Shown here piece after piece: positions 26,283-39,669 of a DNA stretch of 64,000 nt. Below the pieces are notes generated by a model. It was not told the DNA's origin. It made no database searches and was given only the letters and a program-made list of their open reading frames with translations. The stretch comes from Geosiphon pyriformis uo1 (taxonomy: Eukaryota; Fungi; Glomeromycota). Positions within the stretch are counted from its first letter, which is position 1; every line of letters begins with the position of its first letter. The stretch spans positions 434,001 to 498,000 of the forward strand of contig JAAOMT010000468.1 in NCBI GenBank assembly GCA_016748015.1, read 5' to 3'. The translations under genes and the position numbers were made by a program.

Positions 26283-26945
26283 ATGGTTGATGTGACAAAA
26301 GAAATCAGAAAAATGGAAATTACAGACAACATCCACTTTCTAGCACAACAGCTCTTTCAATTGATTCAACACCAAGAAATAAAAATCATAATCAATCAAC
26401 AAACTATCCAGTACAGAAACACAACAAAGATGCCACAGAACAAAATACAGAAAAAGTCTGAAAACGTGATAGAAAAAATAATTGCCAAAGTAAAACTGGC
26501 AATAAAAGAGCAACAAATAATTAGACAATACCAAGAACTGACTAAAAAAACTTGAAATTGGTGGACTCAACAATTTTCGAAAAACTACTGTTATTTCTAC
26601 TTGGGACAACATGTGGATATCCAAAACTTGTATATGGACAAAACAAAACGACTGTTTAATAACACAATACTGCAACAACTAGAATATTTTGTGGGAAAAA
26701 ACAACTTATTCACACAAGTCCGAGCCATTTACAGAATATATACAGTATTTCAAGACTGGCTGAAAATACTACTCAACAAAGCAATAGATACTGTTACTGT
26801 CAACCAATTGGGAAAAATCACCAATGTTCAATTCGAAGAATTACAAACCCAAATAACACAGATAATTTTAGAAAAAGAAATTCAAGAAATAATACAAACA
26901 GAGGAATTTGAAAAATTAGGAGGTTTCAATGGAGCTCAATATTAA
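26283..26945 (+). pseudogene. Extra sense ORF3 (~220 aa, unknown function) between integrase and 3' LTR
   Basis: ORFs 26283-26555 and 26601-26945 are one frame split by a single TGA; homologue in element B. Confidence 0.75.
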
Positions 26946-26958
26946 AAGGAGAGAATAA
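26944..26958 (+). promoter_or_regulatory. Polypurine tract of Gypsy C
   Basis: AAAAGGAGAGAATAA abutting the 3' LTR. Confidence 0.8.
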
Positions 26959-27838
26959 TGTTACTCATAAAAATATAGAAATTATATTAGTATATAAATT
27001 AGCCAATTAGAAGTAGACGCAGTAAAAATGTGGAATTCTAAGATTCTTCTTAAGAATTGCAGGATTCCAGAAATTTCAGAATTCTTCAAGAGGAATTGCA
27101 GAATTCCAGAATTCCAGAATTCCCTTCATCAGGAATTGTAGAATTCCAGAAATTCCAGGATTTCTGTCATAAAGAATTGAGGAATTGAGGAATCTCAATT
27201 ATGTATATATAGGAATAGCATTAAAAGCAGAAAAAAAGACATCTGAGTTTAGATTTAATGTAAGCACCCCTCCACATCACAAATATCAATAAATAACTAT
27301 TTCCATACCTCAATTTATCTCCCATTATCAACTTCATGTTGATAGCAACAAATACTTAACCACGCTAGAACAATAGCTCTTGATCACAGCTATTGACAGG
27401 ATACTAATCAAAATCACCTTGGTTCATCTCCTTATTTTATTTCTGTTTTTTTTTATTTCTTTTCTTTATTTTATTTTCTTTGTTGTTGTATACTAATTAA
27501 TTAAAAGATTGAGTGCTGAGTTATTGATGTCAAGGATAGTCTGGTAAAAGACCCAGAAATAAGAGTAAGATTTTATATATTATTAGATAGCTTACCAGAA
27601 AGGCATAACTGCCAGACTAAATCTGGTCACCACACTGAGACAGAAATTGGGAAAACTCTTGGAAGCATATATCTACTATTGACACTATTGAATTTCTGTA
27701 CATTATACAAAAGATTTGCACCAAAATCTTCAGATACAAAAATTTTTAGATTACCCACATTCACATTCATAATAGCTTTTGAGCATCAGATTACAGATTT
27801 GTTATTGAATTTAACAGCAGAAATAATCACCTGTAACA
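26959..27838 (+). repeat. 3' LTR of Gypsy C
   Basis: TGTTAC...GTAACA termini; direct repeat of 17727-18606. Confidence 0.95.
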
Positions 27839-28619
27839 ATGGCAATGTAAACTGATGTCAAAATTGATGGTCAGTTCATCAAACTAATTCTAGATAGTGG
27901 ATCAGCTGGCAGCATCATTACAAAACAGCTCATGAACCAATTAGGTTACCAAGTTAATTGATTGCTAATGAAGCCACCAAGACTCCAATTGGTGAAATAA
28001 ATGCTCTATTCATTGAAGTCAATGGCATTATTATATCGATCAAGGTATTAGTTATGGAAGCCACTCAATACTAAGCACTCGTTAATAATGACTGGCTGTC
28101 CAAAGCTCATGTGATACTTGATTGGGACACCCAAGAGCTTCAGCTTAGTCAAAACGGTCAACACACATAAGTATCAGCCATGTGTAGCCACTTCAAGTCA
28201 ATTATCACGCCAACAGCACCATTCATTGAGTTCAAAGAAGAAAAAGAGAAACCCACCTAGAAAGCCTACCAAGTGTCTTGGGTCAACGAAGACCACAACA
28301 AGCTACCACCAATACTTTCTTGGAACAACAAAAGAAAAAGAAAACAAAAGGGAAAACCTACCTGGAATACTGACCAAGCCTGGATAACCAATGATGATCA
28401 AGATAAAACAACCTGGAAATAGAAGAAAGATAACAATAAGGGAAAAGGAAAAGAGGAAGAAGAGAGTCCAACCACCACTTATAGCCCATATGCTTACACT
28501 GCACCAACATCATCTAACTATTACTGACCAAAATTAGTATATGTAGATTGCAGCAAAAAATTGTTGTCAATGAGTGCATGCTGTGGCGATGACAAAGAAT
28601 ACATTATATCAGCAGCCAC

Positions 28620-29101
28620 CAAAAAATAATAAAAACTGAACAAATAACTTAATAGAAAAAGTAAAAAACACTTTTGGGAAAATACTTATTATGGCACCAA
28701 CAGAAGAGCTTACAAAAAAAAATTGGAAGCAATGAACAGAACAACTTTCAATATCATATTGCTACTATCAGTTAGGTCAAAAGTTGAATATTCAGGAGTT
28801 GTATATTGACAAATCCAAGAGAGTATTCAACCAAGACATAATACAACAAATTGAAGAATTTATTGGAAAGAAACCAAATTCAACATTACATGTTAAAACA
28901 ATGTATTAACTACACAACATATTTCGGAACTATCCAAAAATACTGTTACACTCTGACATAAAAACCATAACCATTAACCAATAGAGAAGAATGAACAATA
29001 CACAAGTAGAAGATATGAGAAACAGAATTGAACAAACAATACTTGAAAAAAAAGTATTAGAATTAATTCAAAACAAAGATTTTAATAGAGTTCAATATTA
29101 A
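28620..29101 (+). pseudogene. ORF3 homologue of Gypsy B (5' part deleted)
   Basis: ELTKKNWKQ*TEQLSISYCYYQLGQKLNIQELYIDKSKRVFNQDIIQQIEEFIGK aligns to element C ORF3. Confidence 0.75.
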
Positions 29102-29114
29102 AAGGAAAAGATAA

Positions 29115-29927
29115 TGTTACTTATAAAAAAAAAACAGATATAGAAAAAATAGTAGACCAATAAGAGAGTAGTAGTAACACATGAGCATATTGCTCAGCAA
29201 TATGGAGCAATGTCAGAAATCATGGCACATTACTCAGTAATATGAGCATTGCTTAAGAAATTATGGAACATTGTTTGAGAATGTGAGTGATTTTGTAGAA
29301 CCCAAATTATGTATATATAGTGGTAGCATTAAAAGTAGTAAAAGACAGACCTCCCAACTTAGATTTTATCTCAGCAATCTTCTAGTCACAAATATTGATA
29401 AATAAATATTCATTATCTCAATCCATTTTCCACTATCAATTTTTCATGTTGATAGTAATTGATACTTAATCATACTGGAACAATAGCTCTTAATTATGGC
29501 TATTGACAGGATACTAACTTGCAATTGCTTTCATTTATTTCTTTATCTTTTTTAATTTTTTTTTAATTTTTTTTCTTTGTTATTTCTTTGGTTTTTTTAC
29601 TAAATTGATTAAGGATTATGCATTAAGATACAGACATCATAGGGACTGATAAAAGACCCATGAAACAAGGGTAAAACACTCATAGATTTGAGGACAGCTT
29701 ATCAGAAGGATTACTGGCCATTACGCTGAGAAAAAAATTTGATGAAACTGCGGTTTCAGGAAGCTATAAATAAAACCAATACTTAAATCTCTGTTCATTA
29801 TATAAAAGTCTCTACACCAAAACCTTCAGATCCATCAAACTTTCAGATATCAGCACCAAAAGACCAATTGAGCACCAAGTTACAGATTTGTTATTTGCTT
29901 TGAGAACCCAAATAATCATTTGTAATA
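29115..29927 (+). repeat. 3' LTR of Gypsy B
   Basis: TGTTAC...GTAATA termini; direct repeat of 14441-15331. Confidence 0.92.
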
Positions 29928-30280
29928 CTGTGTTAAATATTGAGCATTCATGAAGAAAAACAGGTTAATTTCACTTAATGGTTCAATCTTTGTTTTGGTT
30001 TCTGGAGTGTCATCAAAGTTGTCTGCTGGTGTTGTCAGGTTGCTTGGCATTGCTAATGCTTTTGGTGTTCATTTTAGTTTTTGTAAATCATGTTTATTTT
30101 TTTCTGGTACTGGTAATAATGTTTTAATTCACATAGTTGCTTAATGTTGTCCTGATCAATCTGAATGACAGGTCACATATAAAAAGAGCATAATTTGCAC
30201 CTAGTTTAGATTACTTAATTGATGTATTGTATTAGGTAGCATTTGAATCTTACTCATAAAGCATTAATAAAAAAAAAAAA
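29928..30280 (+). mobile_element. 3' end of the LINE interrupted at 14440 (ORF2 C-terminus, 3' tail, poly(A))
   Basis: MKKNRLISLNGS...LIHIVA* followed by the conserved tail. Confidence 0.9.
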
Positions 30281-30430
30281 CATTAGAATAAACAAATTAT
30301 TATATTAAAAAAATTAAATACCAAATATTATTTATTATTATTAGTAAATTTTTGTTTATTATACAAAAAATTTAACCAATTTAAAATTTTTAAATATTAA
30401 AACTTTTAAATTTACATTATTAATTATAAG

Positions 30431-33400
30431 AAAAAAAGTTTTTTCTCTTATTGATCCTCTGACCACTATGAAAGTAAAAGATTTTTGGAGGAAATTACTT
30501 TGTTTTATTCCTTTTTCCTTTGTTTATTCAAGTCATTTTTTCTAATATATCCCCTTTCATTGTAATGGAACTAGTAAGCTCTTCTGCTGATGTTTCTGGC
30601 TTAGTTTTAGCTAATTTGGGGACCCACCCAAATGCTAAGAAAAATTGTTTGAATACTATCTACTCCTGTGGTGTGTCCTATAAGAAAATGAAGAAGCATG
30701 TGGCTGACATCATGGTTGATTTGTCTGCAGACCCTCTGAGCTTGGAAGAAGTTGGTAATGTTGGAGTCAAACCTGTGGTGTCCTGGGGCAGTGAAGTTAG
30801 CAGTGTGGCTGGCAGCATGAGCAATTTATTAGATGCTGAGAACATGGTGAACATGGTGGCTAAAAAGACCAGCTATACAGAATTAGGTAAGGATGATGGT
30901 ATGGATGAAACTACATCAAGAAAAACACATACTCAGACATATGTGCTAGGAAACTCACCAAAGCAACCTTCTTTCAATTGTATGAGTGATGATAATAGTG
31001 AGCTAGTACTTTTTCCTCAGATGGTTTTGGGATCTAATGGGCTGCTGCCAAATGAATCATGTGCTACGGAAATGCAGAGCTTCAATTTGTTAAAGTTTTT
31101 TACACTTGATATTGAACTTTCAGCTGTATCTGATAAGAGTGTTGGTGATAAATTAATCTGTGTGAAAAAAATTTTCTATTAAGTAGATGGTTTTGGGGAA
31201 GCTTCTACTCCCTCAAAATTCTCAAAGATCATCAAATTTTTATTTACTTCTGAATCTAGCATGAATAGGGCAAGAAAATTGGCAATCCATGAGAAATTGT
31301 GATAAATAATAATTTTAAAAAGATTAATAACCATTCAGATAAGAAAATTATTGTTAAGAAGATTCCAGTCAATCTTCCCAAATCAGCTGTGAAATCTGTT
31401 TTTTCTAAGTTTGGAAAGATTATTTCAATCAAAATGCAACTGATTGGTCTGTGACAAAAAGCATTGGTGAAGTTTGAGTCATCTGAAATAGCTGATTTGG
31501 TCATAGCTAAATGGTCTGTTTTTATGGAAAAAGATTCTGTTCATGTAGCAAAAGCTATTAATAATAAACAATTGTGGGTTTCCAGAGATCTATATTAGGC
31601 ATTGCTTTATACTCTTCCAGTTGACACGACAGCTCATGATCTTTCTGATTTGTTGGATTCATATGGTGAAAGGACTTGTTTTATTGGCCATAATCCCAGT
31701 TCATATGTGTATAATAGATGTGTGATTGTGTGTTTCATGGATGAGGCATCTAAGTTGACTGCTATTGGTTTTACTTCAGTGTTTAAGAGTGTGAATTTGC
31801 ACTGGGCTGGTCTTTTTCTGGTTTGCTGTGCTCAATGTAAACAATTTGGTCATACTTTTACAGGATATTCATTGGGTGGAAATTCTGGTGTTTGCGGTAA
31901 GCAGGTAGTCACTCCTCAAGATTGGGTTCATTTGGCAAACATTTATAAGAAGCAAGTGCTGATAGCTCACCCAGTTTTTTTTGGTGGGAAAACTTGGGCC
32001 CAGATGGCTGGTGGTTCTTCTGCTCATGTAGTCTCATCAAATTTTTCTAGTGTTGGCTCATTTTCAGGCACAAAACCTGTTCTTTTGGTTATTAACTCTC
32101 TTGGTAATGTGTGTTTGGTTGATCAATTGGCTTCTCTGGAACGCTTTTTGGAGTTTTTAGTAGACCAGATTTCGGATATTTTGAAAAAATCGAGTTTTGT
32201 GGAATTGGTGCCTCTGGCATCCAGTTCCCATGTATCTCCTTTGGTTGTTGCTGCATCTGTTACAGCTAATGTGGATTTGGATATGGTTTTTGATGATACA
32301 ATAGTGTCTTCTCCTCTTTTTCTTTTAGTTGTTGCTAATTTGGTTGTTAACCTAAGTTCAAGTAGTTCAAAGATCTTGACCACCAAAATGGGTGGATTAG
32401 AGTTCAAGATGGTGGCTTTGGAGGTGTTGGTTGAATCTGTTTTGAAAAAATTGGATTATTTGTGCTTGGGCTTGGGTTTGTCAATTTCTCTTGCTCCCCA
32501 ATGAGTGACTTTGTGTGGAAATTTGTAACATGTAATGTTTATAATATCAATGTCCCTGCCAAGTAAAAAGACATTTTCTGTTGGCATAGAGATTCTGAGA
32601 ATTTGATTTCAATAATTATGGAGACTAAGCTGAGGTCTAGCAACAGGCCTTGGATTAAGGATAAGTTCGATGGTGTCAAGATTTTTTCATCTGGGTTGGA
32701 CAAGGGTTTTCTTGGTGTTGGAGTTGCAATCATCATGAACACTTCTCTGGTCCACCATGTTAGTAAGATTTCTGAGGTGCCTGGTTGGCTCCTTATGGTC
32801 AAGTTGTTGTTTAAAAATAAACTTTCTGTGTCAATTTTAAGGCTTTATGCCAGGACATCCCTAGCTGTTTGTTTCTCTCAATTTAATAATATTAATTCTA
32901 TGATAGCAAAAGCGGTTAATAAGTTTTCTTTTGTGGTTTTAGGTGATGACTTCAATAAAAATGGCTCCTGAAGGTACACAAGTTTCAAAAAATGTCTAGA
33001 TCTTGGTTTGGTCAATTCTTTGGATGGAAGTTTTTATGTTAAAAAGCCCACATGAGTTAACTCTTAGGACATGGCTAAGACTATTGATTTCTTGTTCATT
33101 TTTTCAAATTTGGTTAATGCTGTAATAAATCGCAATATGTTTGATGTTGGTGAATTTTTTGATACTGACCATTAAGCTGTGTCTATGTCTGTGAGTTTGG
33201 GTGGATTTTTGAATACGTGGCTAAATTTTCTTTGCAAGCAAGCAAATAGAGATCATTGGAAGTTTAATTTCAAGGGTGCTGATGAAGCTAAGTTGAAAGA
33301 TTTTGGTAATGCTACATTGGCCAACGCATTGATGTTCTCAGATGAGTTTGCCACAGCTGTGAGGTTTTCAAATCTGGATACAATGTGGAATGTAGTTCAC

Positions 33401-36400
33401 AAGATAGTAGTTTTTTTGGCTAATGAAATGTTCAAGAAGAGGTGATTTAAGGGCTTCAATAATGTCTTTACCAAAGAATCTTCAAGGTTTCACAAATTAA
33501 AATTTTTGGTTTCTAAAATTGTTAAGGCTTTGCATGAGGAAAATATTGCGAATTTTGATTCTTTTATAAAATACTGAGTTTTTTTGAACAATATTAAGGC
33601 TTCAGTCATTCAAGATGTTGTGAATTCTGGTGCAAGCTCTGGTCAAGTTTGTTCTGCTCTTTGTGGCACTAGAAAGGCTTATCACACATCCAAATTTGCC
33701 GAATTTTTGAGAGCTAAGGAGGTGTCCATCAGAGCTGCTATAGATAAGAGAATAAAAAACTTTGAGGTAAACAAGGGTCATACAATCAGAAGTGTACTAG
33801 AGTGCCTATTTCACAAAGTGGTTCTCAATTATCTGGTTGTTGATGATGAACTTATTCTGGAACCCAATTTGGTTAAATCTAAGATGGATGTTATCATGGA
33901 GGGTTGGACTAGAAAGTGTCATGTGGTGGATGATGTTTCTGGTAATTGGTGTCATCAATATCAACCTTTGGAGTATGTTTTTGATGAAGTTTTTTCTGAT
34001 GTTATGTGTTCAATTGAGTTTGATGAATTGTTTAGAATTATTTTTTTTTTGCCTGATGGCAAAGCTGCTGGTCTTTCAGGAATATTGAATAAGCTTTGAA
34101 AACATTGTAATAGAGCAGTTTTGAATATGCTTTTGGTGTTTCTGAACTCTTGTCTGTCTAGTAAATTTGTGTCTGGTTCTTGAAAGGAAGCTTGGGTCTC
34201 AATAATTCCCAAACCATATGAATGGGAGAATCTTTTTATGAATACTCAACCTATTGCTTTAATCAAGATGGCTCATAAAATTCTCTCCAAGATTCTCTTC
34301 GATAGAATCTCTTTGGCATACAGCACTTTTGACGTTCTTCATGAGAACAATTTTTTGGTTCTAAAAAGTACAACAATTCAGTCTCCTATTTTTGCTATTG
34401 GCTTGGTTATTAAGGATGCTTTGGAAAAAAATCAGGAACTCTGGATGGTTTTATAGAATATGAGGAAAGCATATGATTTGGTTGGCTAAAAGCATCTCAA
34501 GAAGAGTTTAGTTAAGATTAAAATGTGCAGCAAGTTCATTCATTTTTTCAGTGGTATTCACAAAGATTGTACCAATTGCATTATGACAGATTTTGGTTTG
34601 ATAAATGATTATTGGGTACATAATAGTTTGGACCAGTGTGAGGTTTTTTTTCCTCTTCTGTGGCACATATTTTATGATTCACTGTTATGTGAAATTAAGT
34701 GTCAAGAGAGTGTGTATAGGTATAGATTGAATTCTTATTTTGTTTCCAAAAATGGGTGCACCAAATCTTGAACTGAACTTTCTTCTTTCTTTGCTGCTGG
34801 TGCTTTTGTTGATGATACCATTTGGGTTGGTAGCAATCAGAGTGCTACTCAACACATTTTTGATGTTGCTAGTGAATTTTTTCGGATAAATAACATTTCT
34901 ATTAATAATAACAAGACAGTGGTCATTCCCATTAATAGCAGAGTTAGCAATTCTTCTCTGTCCATCAATGGCTTGCCAATCTCTATTGCCAAAAAGGGTG
35001 AACCTCATTAGTATTTGGGTATTTTTTTTTCAACTGAGGGTCTCTCAAAGCCTAGTTTGGCCAAGACAAATTCAGACATTTAGTTTTTCACTAATCTGGT
35101 TCTGCGGAAGGCTATCTCTGATAAACAGCTCTTGTATATGGTGTTGGCAGTTTTCTATCTTATAATTAGCTATAGAACACAGTTTAGCTTTGTTTCTGTT
35201 AAAGTGTGCAACAGGTGGGATGCTCTTGTTTGCAGGTGCTTAAAGCTTAAATCTGGTCTACCACTTGATTTTCCCAGTGATATGATTCACCATCCTTTCT
35301 TTTATGGTTTGAAATCCTTCTTTCAGGTCCAGTCTAAAAGCAAGATTGCCTTCCTTATTAGTTTTGTGAACTCCAGTAGTATAGTGGGATGTTTGTTTTC
35401 TCACAGATCTCATGACTTGCAAGTTTTGTGTTGGTGCCCTGTTCATTCATTAAGTTCTCCTGTTCATATTTATGTCAGTGCTTTTAATAATTTTCTGGCA
35501 GACATAGTCCGTGTTTTTCTTGACTGCAATCTGTTTCTGGGTGGATTCTTAGCCACTCTTTTTTGATTCTGCGATGAGGTTCCAATGTCTACTGTTCTAG
35601 ATGAGTCAAAGTTTCTCAGATTTCTCCTTTCTCTTAAGTGACATGATATTGCCTTTGTTGACCAACTTTGTGATCATCATGGTGCTGTATTTAATTGGTA
35701 TACATTAAATGTTGGAAAAGATTGGACTTTCGTGGTCCTGTTCCTAAGTGGTTTAAGCTTTTTGTTGCATTTCTTGATGGTGTGGGTCTTTCTTCTATTA
35801 TCTCTTCAGTTTTGTATGGTGTTGGTCCTTTGAACATTCTTGAATCTAGCAATTTTGTGTTTGTTTGTGATCATCTCTCGCAGGCTGGTGCTGGCAGCTT
35901 GTCAGTATACATGGATGGGTCCCTTAATAATTTGGACACAGTCAACTATAGAGCTGGTGCTACCACATATTTTGAGAACATTGGTTTGGGTCTGAGTGTT
36001 AGTGTGTCAGGTTTGATGTTGTCCACTTTGGCAGAGTTGCAGACTATTGTACTGGCTCTTGAGTGTGTTCCCTTATCAAGCTCTGTTCAATTGTTTTCAG
36101 ATAGTCAATTTGCTTTAGATGCTTGTAAGTCAGAGTTGGATCTGATGAGTCCTGACTTTTATAATCAGTGTTGGGTCAAGCATTATTATATAGTTAATGT
36201 TGTTTGCAGTAAGAATTTGAAGATTAGCTGGCACAAAGTAAAGGGTCATTCTGGCATTTTGGGAAATAAATATACTAACAAAATCACCAGTATAGCTTCT
36301 TTCTCTGATTGGTGTCTTCCTCCTTGCCTAGATGAACACTTCTTGACTGCTAATAGTAATATTGTTTCTGGCAATTCCAGATATTTTGTTCGTGATGTTT

Positions 36401-37320
36401 TTCATTCAGTTTGCCATGCATGCTGGGAGGTTGGTTCTGGTTCTAAATTTTTGGCTGACAGTTTACTATCAGAGGTTGATTGGTTTCACTTGTCATTAGT
36501 GTGGCATCCTGACTTGAACATGGCTACCAGCTTTACCAGCAGACCCTCAACTGATGCATGCACATATTTCATGAAAGCTTTGCATTACTGGCTGTCAGTT
36601 GCTGTTTAGAAGCATTTTTATAATAGACTGTACTCTAGTGTATTGTGCTTATATTGTGGTAAAGTGGAGATATTGGATCATGTGTTCTCTTGTAAAATTG
36701 ATGAATCTGCTCAGCATCATTTGTTGAAATCTCATGTGAATTCCTAGAAGGCAGTCTTTGGTCTCTCTTACTCCACTTCGGGCATATTGCAGCTGTTGTC
36801 ATCCTGTGTCTCTGATTTTTTTGTGTTTATGACTCTTTATAAAGGTTTTGTTTTTGATGGTTGGTTTCATAAGGCTGTTTTTGTCTTCCACAATCCCAAG
36901 GTTGCCAGTTCAAAGATTGTCAAATTTGTGCATTCTCTTGGTCTTGCTTTTAGAACTGGTATCTGGTTGGTTCATGCTAAGCATCATGCTTATATGGAAA
37001 AAAACGGGTTGATTCCACTTGATGGGTCAGCTGTCATCTCAGTTCTTGGTTCAGCTTTGAGACTTTCTGCTAGTGTGGTCAAATTACTTGGTATAACTGA
37101 TACTATTGGTGTTTGTTTTGGCTCTTGCAGTTCTTATTTGTTTTTTTCGAATATAGGTAACCCAGTTTCTGTTCATATAACTGCATAGTATTGTTCTAAT
37201 TGGTCCAAATAGCTGGTCACATATGGAAAATGCATGATTCATGCTTAGTTTAGATCATTTCTTTGATGTATAACTACTAAGTAGTATTTGAATCTCATTC
37301 GTTAAGCAACAAAAAAAAAA
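30431..37320 (+). mobile_element. Full-length LINE, inactivated
   Basis: ORF1 30565-32504; ORF2 32501-37188 (APE, RT AFVDDTIW, RNase H YMDGS/WHKVKGHSG); tail and poly(A); candidate TSD AATTATAAG at 30422-30430 and 37319-37327. Confidence 0.93.
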
Positions 37321-39305
37321 TTATAAGTATTAATTTACAGATTAATATATTATCTAATTATTTATAATACTATATATAAACTAAAATACAGTTTTAATAA
37401 AAGCCAATTTAATTTAAAAAAAATACCAAGTATTAAAATAAAAATTATTTATTCAATAAATTTTTAATAACTAATTAAAGACAATATTAATAAAAAACAA
37501 AAAAATATAACTTTAATTTCTATTTAATTAAATTAATTCTTAAGATTAAATAATTTAATAAGTTAATAAATTAAAAACATATGTAAAAAAATGTTTTATT
37601 TTGTTTTTAAAATCACTAAAAATTGGTTAAAAATTAATATATTAAGAAATATAATCAAAAATTAATCCAAATTTAAATTAGTTAATATATTTTTATTATT
37701 ATTATTTAAAACAAAAAAATTATTTATTTATAATTATAATGTAATTAAATATTATATTTAATACAAATAATACAAAATTAATAAGAAAGACAAAAAAAAT
37801 TAACTTTAAAATTAAAAATTTATTATTAAAAATACCAAAAAAAAATTTTAAATTTTAAAAGAGTTGTTATTAAACATAATAAAATTTGAAAATTTGTTTT
37901 TTAATTGTTTTGGTTTTTTTGGTTATTTAAACAATAGTAAATAAACAAAAAAAACTTAATTACTAATTTTTTATTAAATATTTTAAGACTTTTAAAAGAA
38001 ACAAAAATTACATTAAAATTATTTAAATGGGATTTTTTTAATAAAAAAACTTTTAATTAAAAGTAAAAAAATGGGTTTAAATTAACAAAAAACCAAATTA
38101 ATTTATTTAAAAAAAAATATTTTTATAAAATACTATTAAATAGTTTTTATAATTATAAAAAATATTATTATTTACTTTAAGTAATAAAAAAATTATAATT
38201 TTTTTATTTTTTGTCTTAGTTGTAATTATAAAAATATAAAAAAAAAGTTAAATTTATAATAAGTTTTTATAATTTAAAGTATTTAAATATTAAATATATT
38301 AAATAAAAAATAAAAATATCCAATTATGTTTTTTTATGTGTTTTAAATACAGCTAAAAAATAGGTTATTATTAATAAATATATATATAAATAGATTTTTA
38401 TGTTAAAAATATTATTATTATTGTAATTTTTGTATTTTATTAAAAATATTATTATTATTTACATAATAATAATTAAGAAATTTAAAAACTAATATAATAA
38501 ATTTTAAAAGTTTTTATTTTTCAAATTGGTTTTTATTAATATTATAAAGTTTGTTTATAAGTTAATAATTTGTTATTAAAATTATATTTGAATTTTTAAT
38601 GTTAAATTAAGATTTAAATACAAAAAATTAGATTTAATTAATAATAATAATTTTATAATTGTTAATATTATTAAGTATTTATGTATTTATAATAAAAGTA
38701 ATATACATAAAATTGGGTTTTTTAAAAGATTATTATTTTATTTTGGTCTTAAAAATAATGTTTATATAGTTTTTAAAACTTTTTTTAATAATATAATAAT
38801 AAAAACATAGTATAATTTTAATTAATTAAAGTAGTTAGTTATATATAACAAGAACGTAAATTATACTTAATTTAAATTTATTTGTTAATTATTATTAAAT
38901 AAAAATTAGACCATATTTGTTATTGTAAATAAAAAATAAAAAAAAAGTTTAATTTTTTTTAATTATTATATTATAAAATGGTTTATTTTATATTTATAAT
39001 TATTCTAAATTGTTATAATTGTTTAATAACTTAATTTTAATGTTTACAATTATTATTAACTTGAAAAATTTTTGGGTTGAACATTTTTTATTATCAAAAC
39101 AAAAACAATAATATAATAAATATTTGTTTTTAAATACCAATTTGCAAAATTTTGTAATTATCTGTTCAACACAATTTTTAACATAATTTTATTAATAAAT
39201 ATTTTTAACAAATATAATGCTAATTTAAACAAAAATTTTGTTTAATAAATTAAATATAAATTATTAATTTGTATACTTTTTTCAGAATTGGTATTTTTAA
39301 GACGA

Positions 39306-39445
39306 TTTTGTTTACTTCATCAATTTCGTTCATTTTGTTTACTTCATTTCATCCAATTTTGTTCATTTTGTTTACTTCATTTCATCCAATTTTGTTCATT
39401 TTGTTTACTTCATTTCATCCAATTTTGTTTACTTCATTTCATCTA
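39306..39445. repeat. Minisatellite, ~33-bp unit (TTTTGTTTACTTCATTTCATCCAATTTTGTTCA), ~4 imperfect copies
   Basis: Direct inspection. Confidence 0.85.
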
Positions 39446-39669
39446 TTTGCTAAACCCAAACAATAAATTTAAAATTCAAAGATTAGAAGTCGGTTCTGGA
39501 ACTGGTTTGTCAAAATGAACCAATTCTCTGAAAGTTCCAAAATCGGGGCCGAAGAAACTGAGTTTCTGAACCGGTTAATTAAGGAACCGCCCCCATCCCT
39601 ATATATAACAGACCTGTTGTATGAGGTTTTTATCAGTTTTGGAAGGGTAATAAAGGTTTAAAAAATAAG

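Larger units (their letters stand above)
17727..27838 (+). mobile_element. Full-length Ty3/Gypsy element C (gag-PR-Cys-rich-dUTPase-RT-RH-IN plus ORF3), inactivated, nested in B
   Basis: 880-bp LTR pair, PBS, PPT, all pol domains in Gypsy order; flanks ATGA/ATGG. Confidence 0.95.
14441..29927 (+). mobile_element. Ty3/Gypsy element B, internally deleted (lacks dUTPase-RT-RH-IN), hosting element C
   Basis: LTRs 14441-15331 and 29115-29927; PBS after the 5' LTR; PPT AAAAGGAAAAGATAA; gag 15360-17400; protease ILDSGSAGSI near 27887; ORF3 remnant 28620-29101. Confidence 0.9.

Noticed and set aside
26283-26945. env gene
   Set aside because: No signal peptide, furin site or transmembrane helix visible.
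39306-39445. CRISPR-like array and the two short ORFs over it
   Set aside because: No unique spacers; it is a plain minisatellite in a eukaryotic context.
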